DNA of 51,635 nucleotides, taken from IMG/VR virus record IMGVR_UViG_3300033388_001284, positions 1 to 51,635 of that record, one strand, 5' to 3'. The notes beneath the pieces were generated by a model, which was given only the letters and a program-made list of their open reading frames with translations, was not told where the DNA came from and made no database searches. Both the position numbers and the translations under genes were made by a program. The DNA is from a virus. Taxonomy: Duplodnaviria; Caudoviricetes. Positions 25,234 to 35,795 of the stretch are shown here, piece by piece (the stretch's first letter is position 1; every line of letters begins with the position of its first letter).

Positions 25234-25772
25234 TGAGTACTTTTGAATCAAACTTAAAAGGGCTTCTGAACTTTCAGAAGAACATGAAACAGATGGACTC
25301 AAGTTATTACACAGATGTAGGTATATTTAAACCAGAGGTTTATGAGGACTCAGGAAAGACCGTACCGGAGGTTGGGTTAGAACACGAGTTAGGTGTTATA
25401 TCAAAAAACCTACCGAGAAGGTCTTTCCTCGAAGACCCTATTAGAGATAATATGAATAAGATTATAAAGGGTCTATCAACGACAATCGGCAAGAAATTAG
25501 TGGAATCTAACATGGATGAAATATTTCAGGCCATTGGAGAAGGTGCGGAAAAAGTCGTTCAGCGAGGCTTTCGTACTAAGGGTTACGGAAAATGGTCTCC
25601 ATTAAGTTCCGTAACAGTAGCTAATAAGGCTGTTAAAGCCATTAAGATTAGAGACTATAAGAGGATAACCAAGGCGGTTACTCGCTCACAAGTAAGAAAA
25701 GCAAGGGACAGCATCTTGATAGATACTGAGTTACTAAAGAACTCTATAGAGTGGAGGGTAGGTAAAAGCTAA
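25233..25772 (+). CDS. Neck/tail-completion protein
   Basis: TAATG coupling; HELG..LPRRSFL, WSPLS..T, LIDT..L.NSI. Confidence 0.8.
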   Translation: MSTFESNLKGLLNFQKNMKQMDSSYYTDVGIFKPEVYEDSGKTVPEVGLEHELGVISKNLPRRSFLEDPIRDNMNKIIKGLSTTIGKKLVESNMDEIFQAIGEGAEKVVQRGFRTKGYGKWSPLSSVTVANKAVKAIKIRDYKRITKAVTRSQVRKARDSILIDTELLKNSIEWRVGKS

Positions 25773-26113
25773 TGCCAGTACCATATTTAGGAAATGCGCT
25801 AAATGGTTGGGTGCATAAGAAGATAGTAAGACTTGTCACTAAACAGGTGGTAGACTTTAAAGTTGTAGAAACCACTTCAGACATAGAACTCTACATAAAC
25901 AAACAACCAGTGCCATCAGCATTAGTTCAGCGTATGCCTCAAGAGCAGAGAACTTGGAAGTGGTGGTCTATAATAATCAAACAAGGGCCATTACTAACAA
26001 CAGATGATGAGATAGTTATAGACAATATAACATACAGAATACAACAAACATCGAACTGGTCGGGTTCTGGCTTTCAGAAGTACAAGGCAGTGGAGGACTA
26101 CACAGATGGATAG
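25772..26113 (+). CDS. Head closure/stopper-like protein
   Basis: Position in the neck cluster; PQEQRTW..YRI..W..GF. Confidence 0.65.
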   Translation: MPVPYLGNALNGWVHKKIVRLVTKQVVDFKVVETTSDIELYINKQPVPSALVQRMPQEQRTWKWWSIIIKQGPLLTTDDEIVIDNITYRIQQTSNWSGSGFQKYKAVEDYTDG

Positions 26114-26606
26114 TAACACAGAGATTGATATTAGAGTAGCAGAAATAATTTCAGAGTTTATGGAGCTATCCAGCGGTAGAATAGTAATATCCGGTCAGAA
26201 CTATAAGGCTCCTAAAGACGATGGTATTTATATTATTGTATCAATGAGAGCACCTTATGTATTAGGACAGAAAAAGTACTTTGATAATGCAACCAATGAG
26301 GAAGTTAATGAAGTATCCATGTTTGCTAGCATTGATATAGAAGTAACAAGTAAGAGCCGGGAAGCTATGAATAGAAAAGAGGAAGTGGTCATGGCCCTAA
26401 CCTCTTATCAATCTATAGCCCTACAAGAAAAATATGGCTTTAAATTATTTAGAAATAGTAGTATAATGGACTTAACTTTTATAGAAGCAAGTGCAAGTTT
26501 GTACAGGTACAGAGTTCCTATAACGGCTACGTACAACAAAATAAAGAGGTCTGGTGTTGATTACTATGATAAGTTTAGAACAGCCCAGCTCGAAATAGAA
26601 AGATAA
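26106..26606 (+). CDS. Neck/tail terminator protein
   Basis: Directly before the sheath; QN..PKD motif. Confidence 0.65.
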   Translation: MDSNTEIDIRVAEIISEFMELSSGRIVISGQNYKAPKDDGIYIIVSMRAPYVLGQKKYFDNATNEEVNEVSMFASIDIEVTSKSREAMNRKEEVVMALTSYQSIALQEKYGFKLFRNSSIMDLTFIEASASLYRYRVPITATYNKIKRSGVDYYDKFRTAQLEIER

Positions 26607-26617
26607 GGAGTATCTAT

Positions 26618-28087
26618 ATGTCATTACCAATCAGTAATGTAGTAAGAGTTTCTGTTTTGTCTGGTTTAAAAGGGCTTTCAGATGTAAACACATCAATGTT
26701 AGGTCTTATTACAGACGAGATACCAATTAACAGTACCAGTTTTGGTGTTTACAGAGCTTATAAGGACGCATTAAGCGTTGCAGCAGATTTTGGTACAAAT
26801 ACAGACACAGCAAGATTAGCTGAGAAAGTGTTCTCTCAGAGCCCTAACATCTTGACAGGAAATGGTTCTTTGTTAATTGTTCCTAGGGATCAATCAGCAG
26901 CAGCTACTAATGCAACCATGCTTGTAGAAGGCTTCGTTGATTTCTCAGGCTTTACAGCAACGGATTATAACATTAACACTGGCGCTGACATACTGATAGG
27001 TGAGCTTGATTTAACAGATATCTCTACTATAGAGACTAGTCTGAATAGTACTGCTATGGGAACAGCCGAGTTAGCGTTCACTGTATCAGGAGAGGTTACG
27101 TCAGCTAGAGTAACCCTTAAGTCTACCGGCACAGCGGGAGTCGCAGATACTTTTACAATCGGCACAGCTACCACTGGGACAGATATTGCAGCTCTTTTAG
27201 GACTTAAAGACACAGCAACAGGAGCCGAAGCTGGAGTAGAAACTATAAAAGATTGTATAGTAAGAACAGCATCCAGCGTACCTTACTTCGGTCTTATATA
27301 TAATGTCAAAGTGACAAACACAGAACTTCCAGAAGTGGCAAGTATCGTACAGTCCCTTAACGTTATTCAGTTCGTAGGCAGCAATGTAGAAGGGGACATC
27401 TCTGGAATATATGACACGTTGGTTTTATCCGGGTATAATCATACAAGATGTCTATACTATTCGAACTCCATAAACGAGTCAGTAGACTTCGCAGCAGGTT
27501 ATGCATCAGCCGGGCTAAGTGTTAACTTCGCTGCTGGTAATACAGCAGCGACAATGAATCTTAAAGAGATCGTTGGTGTAGCAGCAGATCCAGTATTTAG
27601 TACTACAGCAGGACAATCAAGATTCGATCTTTGTAAAAAACACGGTGTAGATTGTTACGCAGATTATAAAGTACCTGGGGTTGCCTCTTTTAAAGAGAAT
27701 GATTACTTTGATGAAGTGTACATTAGACTAGCACTTAAACTGAAATTAGAAGTTGCAGGTTTTAACTACCTTAAACAGACAAATACCAAGATACCACAGA
27801 CAGAAGATGGTATGGATGGGCTAAAAGCAGCATATAGAAGAGTTGTTAATCAGTTCGTAAACAATGGTTCTTTTGCACCGGGTACATGGACAGGATCCAC
27901 TACTTTCGGTAATCCAGAAGACCATAGAAGAAATATAGAAGAGTTCGGTTATTGGCTATATAGTTTACCAGTGAACCAACAACAAACGACAGACAGAGAA
28001 GCTAGAATTGCTCCAGTAGTACAAATAGCTTGTAAATCCGCAGGTGCTTTTCACAGCTCAGATGTGATAGTACTAGTTGAAAGATAA
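26618..28087 (+). CDS. Tail sheath protein (DUF3383-type)
   Basis: LPISNVVRVS, VAADFG, KIPQTEDG, APG.W, AGAFHS.DV. Confidence 0.9.
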   Translation: MSLPISNVVRVSVLSGLKGLSDVNTSMLGLITDEIPINSTSFGVYRAYKDALSVAADFGTNTDTARLAEKVFSQSPNILTGNGSLLIVPRDQSAAATNATMLVEGFVDFSGFTATDYNINTGADILIGELDLTDISTIETSLNSTAMGTAELAFTVSGEVTSARVTLKSTGTAGVADTFTIGTATTGTDIAALLGLKDTATGAEAGVETIKDCIVRTASSVPYFGLIYNVKVTNTELPEVASIVQSLNVIQFVGSNVEGDISGIYDTLVLSGYNHTRCLYYSNSINESVDFAAGYASAGLSVNFAAGNTAATMNLKEIVGVAADPVFSTTAGQSRFDLCKKHGVDCYADYKVPGVASFKENDYFDEVYIRLALKLKLEVAGFNYLKQTNTKIPQTEDGMDGLKAAYRRVVNQFVNNGSFAPGTWTGSTTFGNPEDHRRNIEEFGYWLYSLPVNQQQTTDREARIAPVVQIACKSAGAFHSSDVIVLVER

Positions 28088-28098
28088 GGAGATAAACA

Positions 28099-28548
28099 AT
28101 GATATCATTAACAGGTGACGATATTTCTATCATAAATGGTAGACAATTGTACGACTTGGCAGATGGTGATGTAGTATCACTGGATGCACCTAACAACTTG
28201 GCAGATGGCAAGAGAGGTAAAAACGGTAACAGTATTATCGCTCTTAACTCAACTGGTAAGATTGTTAATGTAACAATAAGAGTGCTTAAAGCCTCTCCTG
28301 ATGATAAGTTCTTTAACCGGCAGATGAACCAGTACCTAAATGCGAAAGCAGCTTATGTATTGATGAATGGTGAGTTTATTAAGAAATCAGGTGATGGTGC
28401 TGGAAACATAACAAGTGACATCTATACATTAGGTGGTGGTTATGTTAGTAAATTACCTAACAGTAAAGAAAATGTAGAGGGTGACACTGAACAAGGTGTA
28501 ACTATCTATACATTACAATTCATGAATAGCGATAGAATCATAGCATAA
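28099..28548 (+). CDS. Tail tube protein
   Basis: 149 aa directly after the sheath; LADGD..GKNGN. Confidence 0.8.
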   Translation: MISLTGDDISIINGRQLYDLADGDVVSLDAPNNLADGKRGKNGNSIIALNSTGKIVNVTIRVLKASPDDKFFNRQMNQYLNAKAAYVLMNGEFIKKSGDGAGNITSDIYTLGGGYVSKLPNSKENVEGDTEQGVTIYTLQFMNSDRIIA

Positions 28549-28570
28549 TATTGCATAGGAGCAGTTAAAA

Positions 28571-28990
28571 ATGAAGTTTGATAAAAAATTATTAAGTGTA
28601 ACTCCATCGTCTTTCCGTATTGCGAAAGACTTGGAGTATGCTATAGGAAAAGCTCTAACCAAGAGTGATCTAAATATTGGAGATGTGGATATAGATGAAA
28701 AAGATCTAAGTAAGTCTGATGTATCTATGGATACAGTAATGTCGTTACTAAAAACATCTCTACATGTACTAACAGACAGTACATTGGAAACGGCACTATT
28801 CACATGTGCCGGTAGAGCTATGTATAATAAGGTTCGTATAGATGAAGAGTTCTTTGAAGAGATAGAGAATCGTGAGCTATACTACCCTATTATGTTTGAA
28901 ATTGCCAAGGTAAACATCGGCCCTTTCGTAGGGAGCCTCTTTTCTCAGTTCGGGGGGCTATCAAGTCTGATAAAGTCCGGCCTAAAGTAG
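28571..28990 (+). CDS. Tail assembly chaperone
   Basis: Between tube and tape measure; ends KVNIGPF at the slippery site. Confidence 0.8.
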   Translation: MKFDKKLLSVTPSSFRIAKDLEYAIGKALTKSDLNIGDVDIDEKDLSKSDVSMDTVMSLLKTSLHVLTDSTLETALFTCAGRAMYNKVRIDEEFFEEIENRELYYPIMFEIAKVNIGPFVGSLFSQFGGLSSLIKSGLK

Positions 28991-29175
28991 ATATAAGAGC
29001 TGATCTTGCCTTACAGCTAGCTTTAAAGTTAGCTAAGGCAGGGTATTATAATGGTGATCCAGAGCAAGTTTTAAATGCTAGGGTAGACATGGTTTTGTCT
29101 ATACTGGATTTTGAAGTATTCCAAACGGAATATGAAGAGAAATACATGGAGTTAAACAAACATGAAAATAGCTGA
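28921..29175 (+). other. Programmed -1 frameshift (C CCT TTC) and chaperone extension
   Basis: In-frame X XXY YYZ heptamer 28921-28927; downstream AGCCTCT/GGGGGCT stem; -1 frame open to TGA 29173-29175 (..LAKAGYYNGDPEQVLNARVD..). Confidence 0.75.
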
Positions 29176-30583
29176 GATATTCGCAAGAGTACGACTTAAA
29201 GCAGACGTTAACAAAGTAAATAACTATGCAAAAGCAATTCTTCAATTGTCAATGAACATGAAGAAAATGATAGACAGTTCTTTAGACGCTGCTAGTTCAC
29301 TTAAGCAATTCGAAGCTGAGACAGGTTTAAGTACCAAGTCTCTTCAACAGTGGCAAGCAGTAGCTGAACAAACCAATGTATCGGCTAAAGCTGTGGCTGA
29401 GAGCATGAAAAATGTTTCTCTGAATCAAGAGAAAATGAAGTTAGGGATGGGTACACACAAAGGGTACCAGCTTCTATTTTTAGATCACAGGAATGACCCC
29501 TTTGTTTTTCTTAAGAATTTGAGAAAAGCTATGCAAGGGCTATCTCAACCTATGAAAAAGTTAGCACTAGAGACACTTGGTATAAGTTCAGAGCTTATGC
29601 GCGTGTTAGACATGAGTGAGAAGCAATTTCAAGAAATGGCTGATAGTGCTTTGATAATGCCCTCTCATATGATTGATGCATTAGACTCTACCAGAAGTTC
29701 CTTAGTTACGGTAGTACAGGCGTTTAAGTATTTAAAAGCAATGTTAGCGGTGGAGTTAGCTCCAGCCATCAAGCAACTGGCAAAACACTTCGTGGCATTC
29801 GTTAAGAAAGACGGAGCCAAGTTGGTTAGGTTTCTTTTAGACCTTGTTAAGATTGTGGTACTGTTTATACAGGCACTCGGCACTTGGTCTGGGATGTTCT
29901 ATAGACTTATTAGGGACACAGTAGGATTTAAAGTAGCCTTAACTGCCTTACTGGCTATCATAGTAGCCCTCAATGCAGCGTTCTTATTTTCCCCTATTGG
30001 GCTGTTCTTAATGTCAGCATTAGCACTATTCCTAGTGTTAGATGATATATATGGGTACACGCAAGGAAAGAACTCAGTTTTTGGGGATGTTTTAAAAGAA
30101 ATGCCTAAACTAGAGGGAGCTCTAAAGCTCTTAGGTTTATTGGGAGCAAGTAAAGAAGATCTTGCCAAGATAAGGGAAGAGTTTGGTAATTGGGCAACCG
30201 TCATAGATGGAGTGAGATACTCCCTATGGTTACTTATAGAAACATTATTAGTTATTCCAAGGTTATTCAATAACATGTTCTCAGGAATTGGGCAGTTGAA
30301 CGACCTATTAAAAATGGGTAAAGGTAGTAACGCAAAGTTAACGCCAAAGGCAATAGAGGCCATAAGAAAAACACAAGTGGAGAAAGCCGGTGGCTATGTT
30401 GGCCCACCTCCTGCACCAGTGAAGATAGGTGACACTACCTTAAACATCTATGGTGTTAAGGATGCAGCAGAGGCATCACAACAAATGCAAAAAGAGTTAG
30501 AGGAAACAGTATCATCAGCATGGAATAGATATAATGGTGTGGATGAGTCAAGTGCTCTCGCAACCCCTGTGCCAGCGAAATAA
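29162..30583 (+). CDS. Tape measure protein (short, 473 aa)
   Basis: Position; helical Ala/Leu/Lys-rich sequence with hydrophobic segments. Confidence 0.8.
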   Translation: MKIAEIFARVRLKADVNKVNNYAKAILQLSMNMKKMIDSSLDAASSLKQFEAETGLSTKSLQQWQAVAEQTNVSAKAVAESMKNVSLNQEKMKLGMGTHKGYQLLFLDHRNDPFVFLKNLRKAMQGLSQPMKKLALETLGISSELMRVLDMSEKQFQEMADSALIMPSHMIDALDSTRSSLVTVVQAFKYLKAMLAVELAPAIKQLAKHFVAFVKKDGAKLVRFLLDLVKIVVLFIQALGTWSGMFYRLIRDTVGFKVALTALLAIIVALNAAFLFSPIGLFLMSALALFLVLDDIYGYTQGKNSVFGDVLKEMPKLEGALKLLGLLGASKEDLAKIREEFGNWATVIDGVRYSLWLLIETLLVIPRLFNNMFSGIGQLNDLLKMGKGSNAKLTPKAIEAIRKTQVEKAGGYVGPPPAPVKIGDTTLNIYGVKDAAEASQQMQKELEETVSSAWNRYNGVDESSALATPVPAK

Positions 30584-30592
30584 GGAGACACG

Positions 30593-31393
30593 ATGTCTAT
30601 AAATAGAATATTACAACCACCAATAGATCCAACGCCGGGCGTGGGCTTTATAGATGCGATAGCTAAAGCAGCTATCGTAAGACCTAAAGGACAACCAGGC
30701 ATATCAGGATTCTTATTTGATATACCAGAAACAGAAAAACTGACTTTAACAGCGGATATAACAGACAATTATACAGAAGATAACACTTATATAAATGACA
30801 ATAGAGTTTTCAAACCTGTTACTATAGAGTTAAGCGGTCTTATAGGAGAGTTGGTATTAAGACAAACCTTATTCTCTCAAATAGCACAGGCCGCTAGTCT
30901 TACGTTGTTGGCTACAGTAGCAGCGTTTCAAGGTAACTTCACAGATGGCATGACGCAAGTTTTGTTACAAGGAATCTCGGCTGCTAATTACGCAGTGTCA
31001 AGTGTCAATCGTGTAAAAGAATACGTGAGTAAATACACAACTGAGAATGGCCCATTTGCTACTTCTCAGGAAGCAATCTTTGCACAACTTGAAGCATTAT
31101 TTGTAACACAGAAAACATTGACAGTACAGACCCCTTGGAAGTTCTATGATAATATGCTTATACAGAGCATAGAAGCAAACCAGAGTCCTGAGTCTACCGA
31201 GATATCAGATATCAAAGTGTCTCTTAAACAAGTGCGGTTCGCTAAGATAGGTATACAAAACTTCTCCGAATTAGGAGATGTTGAGGCGAGAACTTTAATA
31301 CAACAACAAGGGCCGGATAACACCGGACCAGCAGGAACAGCATTAGGAAGTAATGATACAGTGTTTAAAGCCGCAGTAAATTTAGTACGATAA
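30593..31393 (+). CDS. Baseplate/tube-initiator (Dit-like) protein
   Basis: ITDNYTED..INDN..P..I.L.G, VQTPW..Y.NMLI; follows the TMP. Confidence 0.75.
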   Translation: MSINRILQPPIDPTPGVGFIDAIAKAAIVRPKGQPGISGFLFDIPETEKLTLTADITDNYTEDNTYINDNRVFKPVTIELSGLIGELVLRQTLFSQIAQAASLTLLATVAAFQGNFTDGMTQVLLQGISAANYAVSSVNRVKEYVSKYTTENGPFATSQEAIFAQLEALFVTQKTLTVQTPWKFYDNMLIQSIEANQSPESTEISDIKVSLKQVRFAKIGIQNFSELGDVEARTLIQQQGPDNTGPAGTALGSNDTVFKAAVNLVR

Positions 31394-31408
31394 TATAAGA
31401 AGGTGCCT

Positions 31409-31753
31409 ATGCAAATTATAACAGGATTACGATCAGTAGCTATACAGAACTTTCAGATAAACATTGATGAAGGGACTATATATTTTACGTTCACATATAA
31501 ACCAGCAGTTAGCATGTGGTTTATGGATATAACATTTAATGAGACCAGCTACAAAGGTTTAAGGTTATGTCTAAACACTAATTTAATGTACAATTGGGAA
31601 AAGCTTATACCCTTCGGGATCATGTGTTACTCCGATATACATGGTTATGAACCAACGTTAATAACGGACTTGTACTATGCTAAGGTCAAGGTAGCTGTTA
31701 TAACTAAAGAGGAAATAGCTTTTATAACCTCTACTATAAATGAACAGGAATAA
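31409..31753 (+). CDS. Small baseplate protein
   Basis: Gene order; WFMDI motif. Confidence 0.65.
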   Translation: MQIITGLRSVAIQNFQINIDEGTIYFTFTYKPAVSMWFMDITFNETSYKGLRLCLNTNLMYNWEKLIPFGIMCYSDIHGYEPTLITDLYYAKVKVAVITKEEIAFITSTINEQE

Positions 31754-31755
31754 CT

Positions 31756-32631
31756 ATGGTCGATACTAACATAAGTGATATAGTACTAGAGAGGCAGTAT
31801 GAAATAGTTATAACTAACCCTGATGGTGAGTTAATAACTATAGCAAGCCCGTTCACTGCTAAGATATCCGTAAAGCGTAGTACACTGGCAGATGCTAACC
31901 GTGCAAAAGTTGTTATACACAACTTGGGAAGCACTACCAGAGGTAAGGTGTTTAAAGATCAATACACCTTTAATGAACAATGGATAATTGGTATCAAGGC
32001 AGGATACGAAGAAAAGAAGCTAATCTTTTTTGGATACGTACAGCAAGCATACTCATATAAAGAGGGTACAGAGTGGATGACAAGCATAGAAGCTTTTGAT
32101 GGGCTCTACCCTACACAAAACAGTCATATAGCTAAGACTTTCCCTAAGGGTTCGTCATTTAGAGACATAATAATCCAGGCAGTGTCAGGTATGATTGGTG
32201 GGATAAAGACCGGGAACCTGTCAGGTGTCAATGATAAGAAAACAAAACGTGGAGTAGTAGGTCTAGGTAAAGCTGTAGAGTTAATACACGTATTAACAGG
32301 AGGTACCTACTTTATAGATCAGAACATACTACACGCTATAAATGACGATGACTACCTAGGAGAAGAGGTTCTTGACCTTGGATCAGGGTTATTGTTAGGC
32401 ACTCCAAGAAGACGGGATATAATGTTGATATGTAAAACTATCTTCTTCCCGGAAGCCACAGTGGCAAGTGCGGTTAGGCTTACCTCTAAGCATCAAGAGT
32501 ATTCAGGACTATATAAGATAATGAGTATTCAACACGAAATAGAAATATCAGGTTCTTCATCAGGAACAGGTATAACAACCTTGGGACTAAATGCAGGAGC
32601 TAAAGCACTAAGAAAGGCAGTAGATGGCTAA
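31756..32631 (+). CDS. Baseplate hub protein
   Basis: NL..TR, IKAGY..IF.G, GLLLGTP, GLYKI..H. Confidence 0.8.
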   Translation: MVDTNISDIVLERQYEIVITNPDGELITIASPFTAKISVKRSTLADANRAKVVIHNLGSTTRGKVFKDQYTFNEQWIIGIKAGYEEKKLIFFGYVQQAYSYKEGTEWMTSIEAFDGLYPTQNSHIAKTFPKGSSFRDIIIQAVSGMIGGIKTGNLSGVNDKKTKRGVVGLGKAVELIHVLTGGTYFIDQNILHAINDDDYLGEEVLDLGSGLLLGTPRRRDIMLICKTIFFPEATVASAVRLTSKHQEYSGLYKIMSIQHEIEISGSSSGTGITTLGLNAGAKALRKAVDG

Positions 32632-33346
32632 AGAACCACTTAATAATTCACAAAGATTAACACCTTCATTTGACGATCTGTTAGAACTATTTAAGGCTAA
32701 CATATTCGCTACAATGAATTGTGTTCAGATCGGTAAAATAGAGAAGTTCACTAAAGGAGAACAAACAGCGGAGATTCAGATACAAGTTAAGAGACAGGTC
32801 AATGACAAAAAGTCAGTAGCCTACCCTGTTCTTGTTGATTGTCCAGTGGTAGTTCTTCAAGGTGGAGGAGCATTTCTAGAATTCCCTATTGCTAAAGGTG
32901 ATTATTGTGTCGTACTGTTTAATGATAGAGATATTGATAATTGGTGGGACTCCGCAACGGTTGCAGAGCCTAGTTCAAGTAGGAAACATAATTTGTCAGA
33001 TGGTATGGCACTCGTTGGACTTAATCCAAAGTCTAATGTACTTCCACTAGCTGGAGATAAGGTTTTTTTGAACGCTGCTGACCACAATCTTTCGATAAAT
33101 AGTACGAAGCAAATTGATTTTAACGGTGGTACGGACTTCGCAGTTAGGTATAACGAGCTTAAAACACAGTTTGACCAATTAAAGACAGACCATGATAATG
33201 TAGTTGCTTTGGTTAAAGCACACACACATGTGGCTCCTTCAGGAACTACAGACGCCAGTAGTACACTACAAGTACTGGCACCCTCAACAGCGGACTTGAC
33301 TAATGCTAAGATAGCTAAAATAAACCTACCGGGAGTTGGAGAATGA
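32624..33346 (+). CDS. Baseplate spike (Gp138 N-terminal-like)
   Basis: LVDCPV..GG..FPI.KGD..VLFNDRDIDNW..RKHNLSD; HTH metal motif near the C-terminus. Confidence 0.85.
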   Translation: MAKEPLNNSQRLTPSFDDLLELFKANIFATMNCVQIGKIEKFTKGEQTAEIQIQVKRQVNDKKSVAYPVLVDCPVVVLQGGGAFLEFPIAKGDYCVVLFNDRDIDNWWDSATVAEPSSSRKHNLSDGMALVGLNPKSNVLPLAGDKVFLNAADHNLSINSTKQIDFNGGTDFAVRYNELKTQFDQLKTDHDNVVALVKAHTHVAPSGTTDASSTLQVLAPSTADLTNAKIAKINLPGVGE

Positions 33347-33693
33347 TAATAAGAGGGCTAGATGCTCAAGGTGATTGGGTATACGGAAAAGGTAAAAGTG
33401 ATTACGCTAAGAATCTAGATGGTCTAGAAATCGATCTTGCTACAAGATTAAGGTCTTGGAAGTTCGATTGTTTCTTCGCTTCACAAGAGGGCGTTGACTA
33501 TCGTAGCTATCTGGCAAAGAACACCCAACCATTCTTAGAAGCAGACATAAAAAGAGTAATACTCCAAACAGAGGGAGTTACAGTAATAAATAGTTTTTCA
33601 GCAGTATTTAACGAAAATGAAAGAAACTTGACAATTGAAGCGGATATTAGTACAATATATGGAGAGCTTACTAACTTTAACGTTTCAGTCTAG
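33343..33693 (+). CDS. Baseplate wedge/sheath initiator (gpW/gp46-like)
   Basis: RGLD..GDW..G, TRL, GVDY, TEGV, TIYG. Confidence 0.75.
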   Translation: MIIRGLDAQGDWVYGKGKSDYAKNLDGLEIDLATRLRSWKFDCFFASQEGVDYRSYLAKNTQPFLEADIKRVILQTEGVTVINSFSAVFNENERNLTIEADISTIYGELTNFNVSV

Positions 33694-33709
33694 TATAAGG
33701 AGATAACAT

Positions 33710-34594
33710 ATGCCAGAATTAGGCGATTTAGATGATTGTTATGTAACACTTGATAGTGGTAAAAGAGCAAGAGTAGGCTGGTCAGATCCCGCAGAAACAG
33801 TGCAGGGAAAGCCTTTTAACCTTTGCGTAGGTCAGGGTGAGATACCGGGATACTGGTACATAGATAAGTTTGGAGAGAATCCTTCAATTGACACTGGTGA
33901 TCCACCAGTTGACATATGGGAAGTAGGAGGATTATATAATTATGATGCCATTAACACAGCACCAATTGTCTCGCTCATAAGTACCAGTTCTTCCGACACG
34001 GAAGATATAGAAGTAACAGGTTTAGATATTGATGGTAACGCTGTTACGCAGGTGCTTACACTAACCGGTGATACAAGGGTAGCCTTGACAACACCGCTCT
34101 GGAGAGTGTATAGATTGGAAAACATCGGATCAGTTGATCTAGTAGGCACTATTCATTGTTATATAGGAACCGGGGGTGCACCAACAGATGCTAATACTAG
34201 AGCACGAATCTCAATAGGAGGTAACCAGACACTTATGGCCTTGTCAACAGTGCCACTTGGTAAAGTAGGTTTCCTTTTAAAAGGTGAACTTGGTATTAGT
34301 AGACCTCAGACAGCGGGTGAAGCAAGATGTGCATACTACTCAAGAAGAGTAGGAAAAGTGTTCAAGATAAAGAAACGTATAAACGTGACTAACCAAGGAT
34401 CAAGTCTATACCAAGATGAGAGAAGTATTCCTGACGTTATACCAGCCTTGACAGATATTAAACTTACTGTAGAATTTGTAAGTGCTAATAGTATGGGTGC
34501 ATGGGGAGCTTATATAATGTATATAGTTGATGAAGATAAACTAGCACCAGAATTCTTGGCTATGATAGGTCAACCGACCAGCATGCCAACATAA
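33710..34594 (+). CDS. Hypothetical beta-rich virion protein inserted in the baseplate cluster
   Basis: AAGGAG RBS; KFGENP.ID..DIWE.GG.Y. Confidence 0.7.
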   Translation: MPELGDLDDCYVTLDSGKRARVGWSDPAETVQGKPFNLCVGQGEIPGYWYIDKFGENPSIDTGDPPVDIWEVGGLYNYDAINTAPIVSLISTSSSDTEDIEVTGLDIDGNAVTQVLTLTGDTRVALTTPLWRVYRLENIGSVDLVGTIHCYIGTGGAPTDANTRARISIGGNQTLMALSTVPLGKVGFLLKGELGISRPQTAGEARCAYYSRRVGKVFKIKKRINVTNQGSSLYQDERSIPDVIPALTDIKLTVEFVSANSMGAWGAYIMYIVDEDKLAPEFLAMIGQPTSMPT

Positions 34595-34606
34595 AGGGAG
34601 AAGTAA

Positions 34607-35794
34607 ATGCCAGATATTTTAGATGCTGATGGTCTACAGATAAAGTCATTAACAGAGGTACGAGACGAACTGGAAACAGATCTTCAGAATATCTTTGGTT
34701 CTGACATAAATACTGACCAAAATAGTCCAGATGGACAACAGATAAATATCTATGCACAAGGTGGTATAGATTTAAGAGAAGTAGTACAAAAAGTATACAA
34801 TGGGTTTAACCCTAATCTTGCTGAAGGTAAAGTACTAGACCAGCGAGTAGCAATTAACGATATACAGAGGAACCTGGGTACCTACTCCACAACACCTGTC
34901 ACTTTGACATATGACAAGGTGGCAGCTTTGATTGGTCTAGACGCAGAGTCATCCACTCTTATTCCTGATATTGAGGGCTTGTTTACTGTTAAGGATGATG
35001 AAGGAACTTTGTTCTATCTAATAACAAGTGTGACAACTGCCGGAGCAGGAAGCAGTGTACATGAGTTTAGAGCAGCGGAATTAGGTCAAGTTGAAATATT
35101 ACCTAACACAATAACAACACAGCAAGTGATTGTATCGGGGATAACCGCTGTTAACAATCCTTCGCAGCCAACGACAATAGGTATTGATGAAGAGACAGAC
35201 ATAGCATTGAAAGTTCGTAATGTTAAGGCTGCAGCTCTGAGATCCTATGGGTACCTAGATAGTATTATCGCAGGACTTAACAATATTACAGGAGTGGTAA
35301 ATGCCTATTGTTATGAGAACGTTTACTCATCTACAGATGCTGACGGGATACCAAGTCATAGCATTTGGGCAATTGTCGAGGGTGGAGCGGATGCTGATAT
35401 TGGAGAAGTATTATACAAAAAGAGAGGTGGAGGCTGTGGTATGAAAGGTGCGGTAGAAGTAGTTGTACCAAGAAACACAGATCCAGCGTCAAATGCCAGT
35501 ATGTTCTTCGATAGAGTTGTACTTGATGACCTCTATATAAAAATGACTATAACTGGTTTCTACAATGACACTACTGTTAAAGACGGTATCGTAGCTGATA
35601 TTATATGGGATGTTGGACAACCAGCAACCAGCGATGTTATATCCTGTTATGTTAAAGGGCTATATCCGGATGCTATAATAACAGAAGTTAGAGTAAGTAC
35701 TGACGGTGTCGTTTGGGCAGAGATAGTTGCTGCACCAGACAAGAAAACAAGATACAATAATGATGCGCCTAATATTTCGATAAACGGAGTGTGA
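34607..35794 (+). CDS. Baseplate J-like protein
   Basis: SPDGQ, AEG..LD, G.DEETD..L..R, YEN..GIPSHSI..VEGG. Confidence 0.9.
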   Translation: MPDILDADGLQIKSLTEVRDELETDLQNIFGSDINTDQNSPDGQQINIYAQGGIDLREVVQKVYNGFNPNLAEGKVLDQRVAINDIQRNLGTYSTTPVTLTYDKVAALIGLDAESSTLIPDIEGLFTVKDDEGTLFYLITSVTTAGAGSSVHEFRAAELGQVEILPNTITTQQVIVSGITAVNNPSQPTTIGIDEETDIALKVRNVKAAALRSYGYLDSIIAGLNNITGVVNAYCYENVYSSTDADGIPSHSIWAIVEGGADADIGEVLYKKRGGGCGMKGAVEVVVPRNTDPASNASMFFDRVVLDDLYIKMTITGFYNDTTVKDGIVADIIWDVGQPATSDVISCYVKGLYPDAIITEVRVSTDGVVWAEIVAAPDKKTRYNNDAPNISINGV

Positions 35795-35795
35795 T

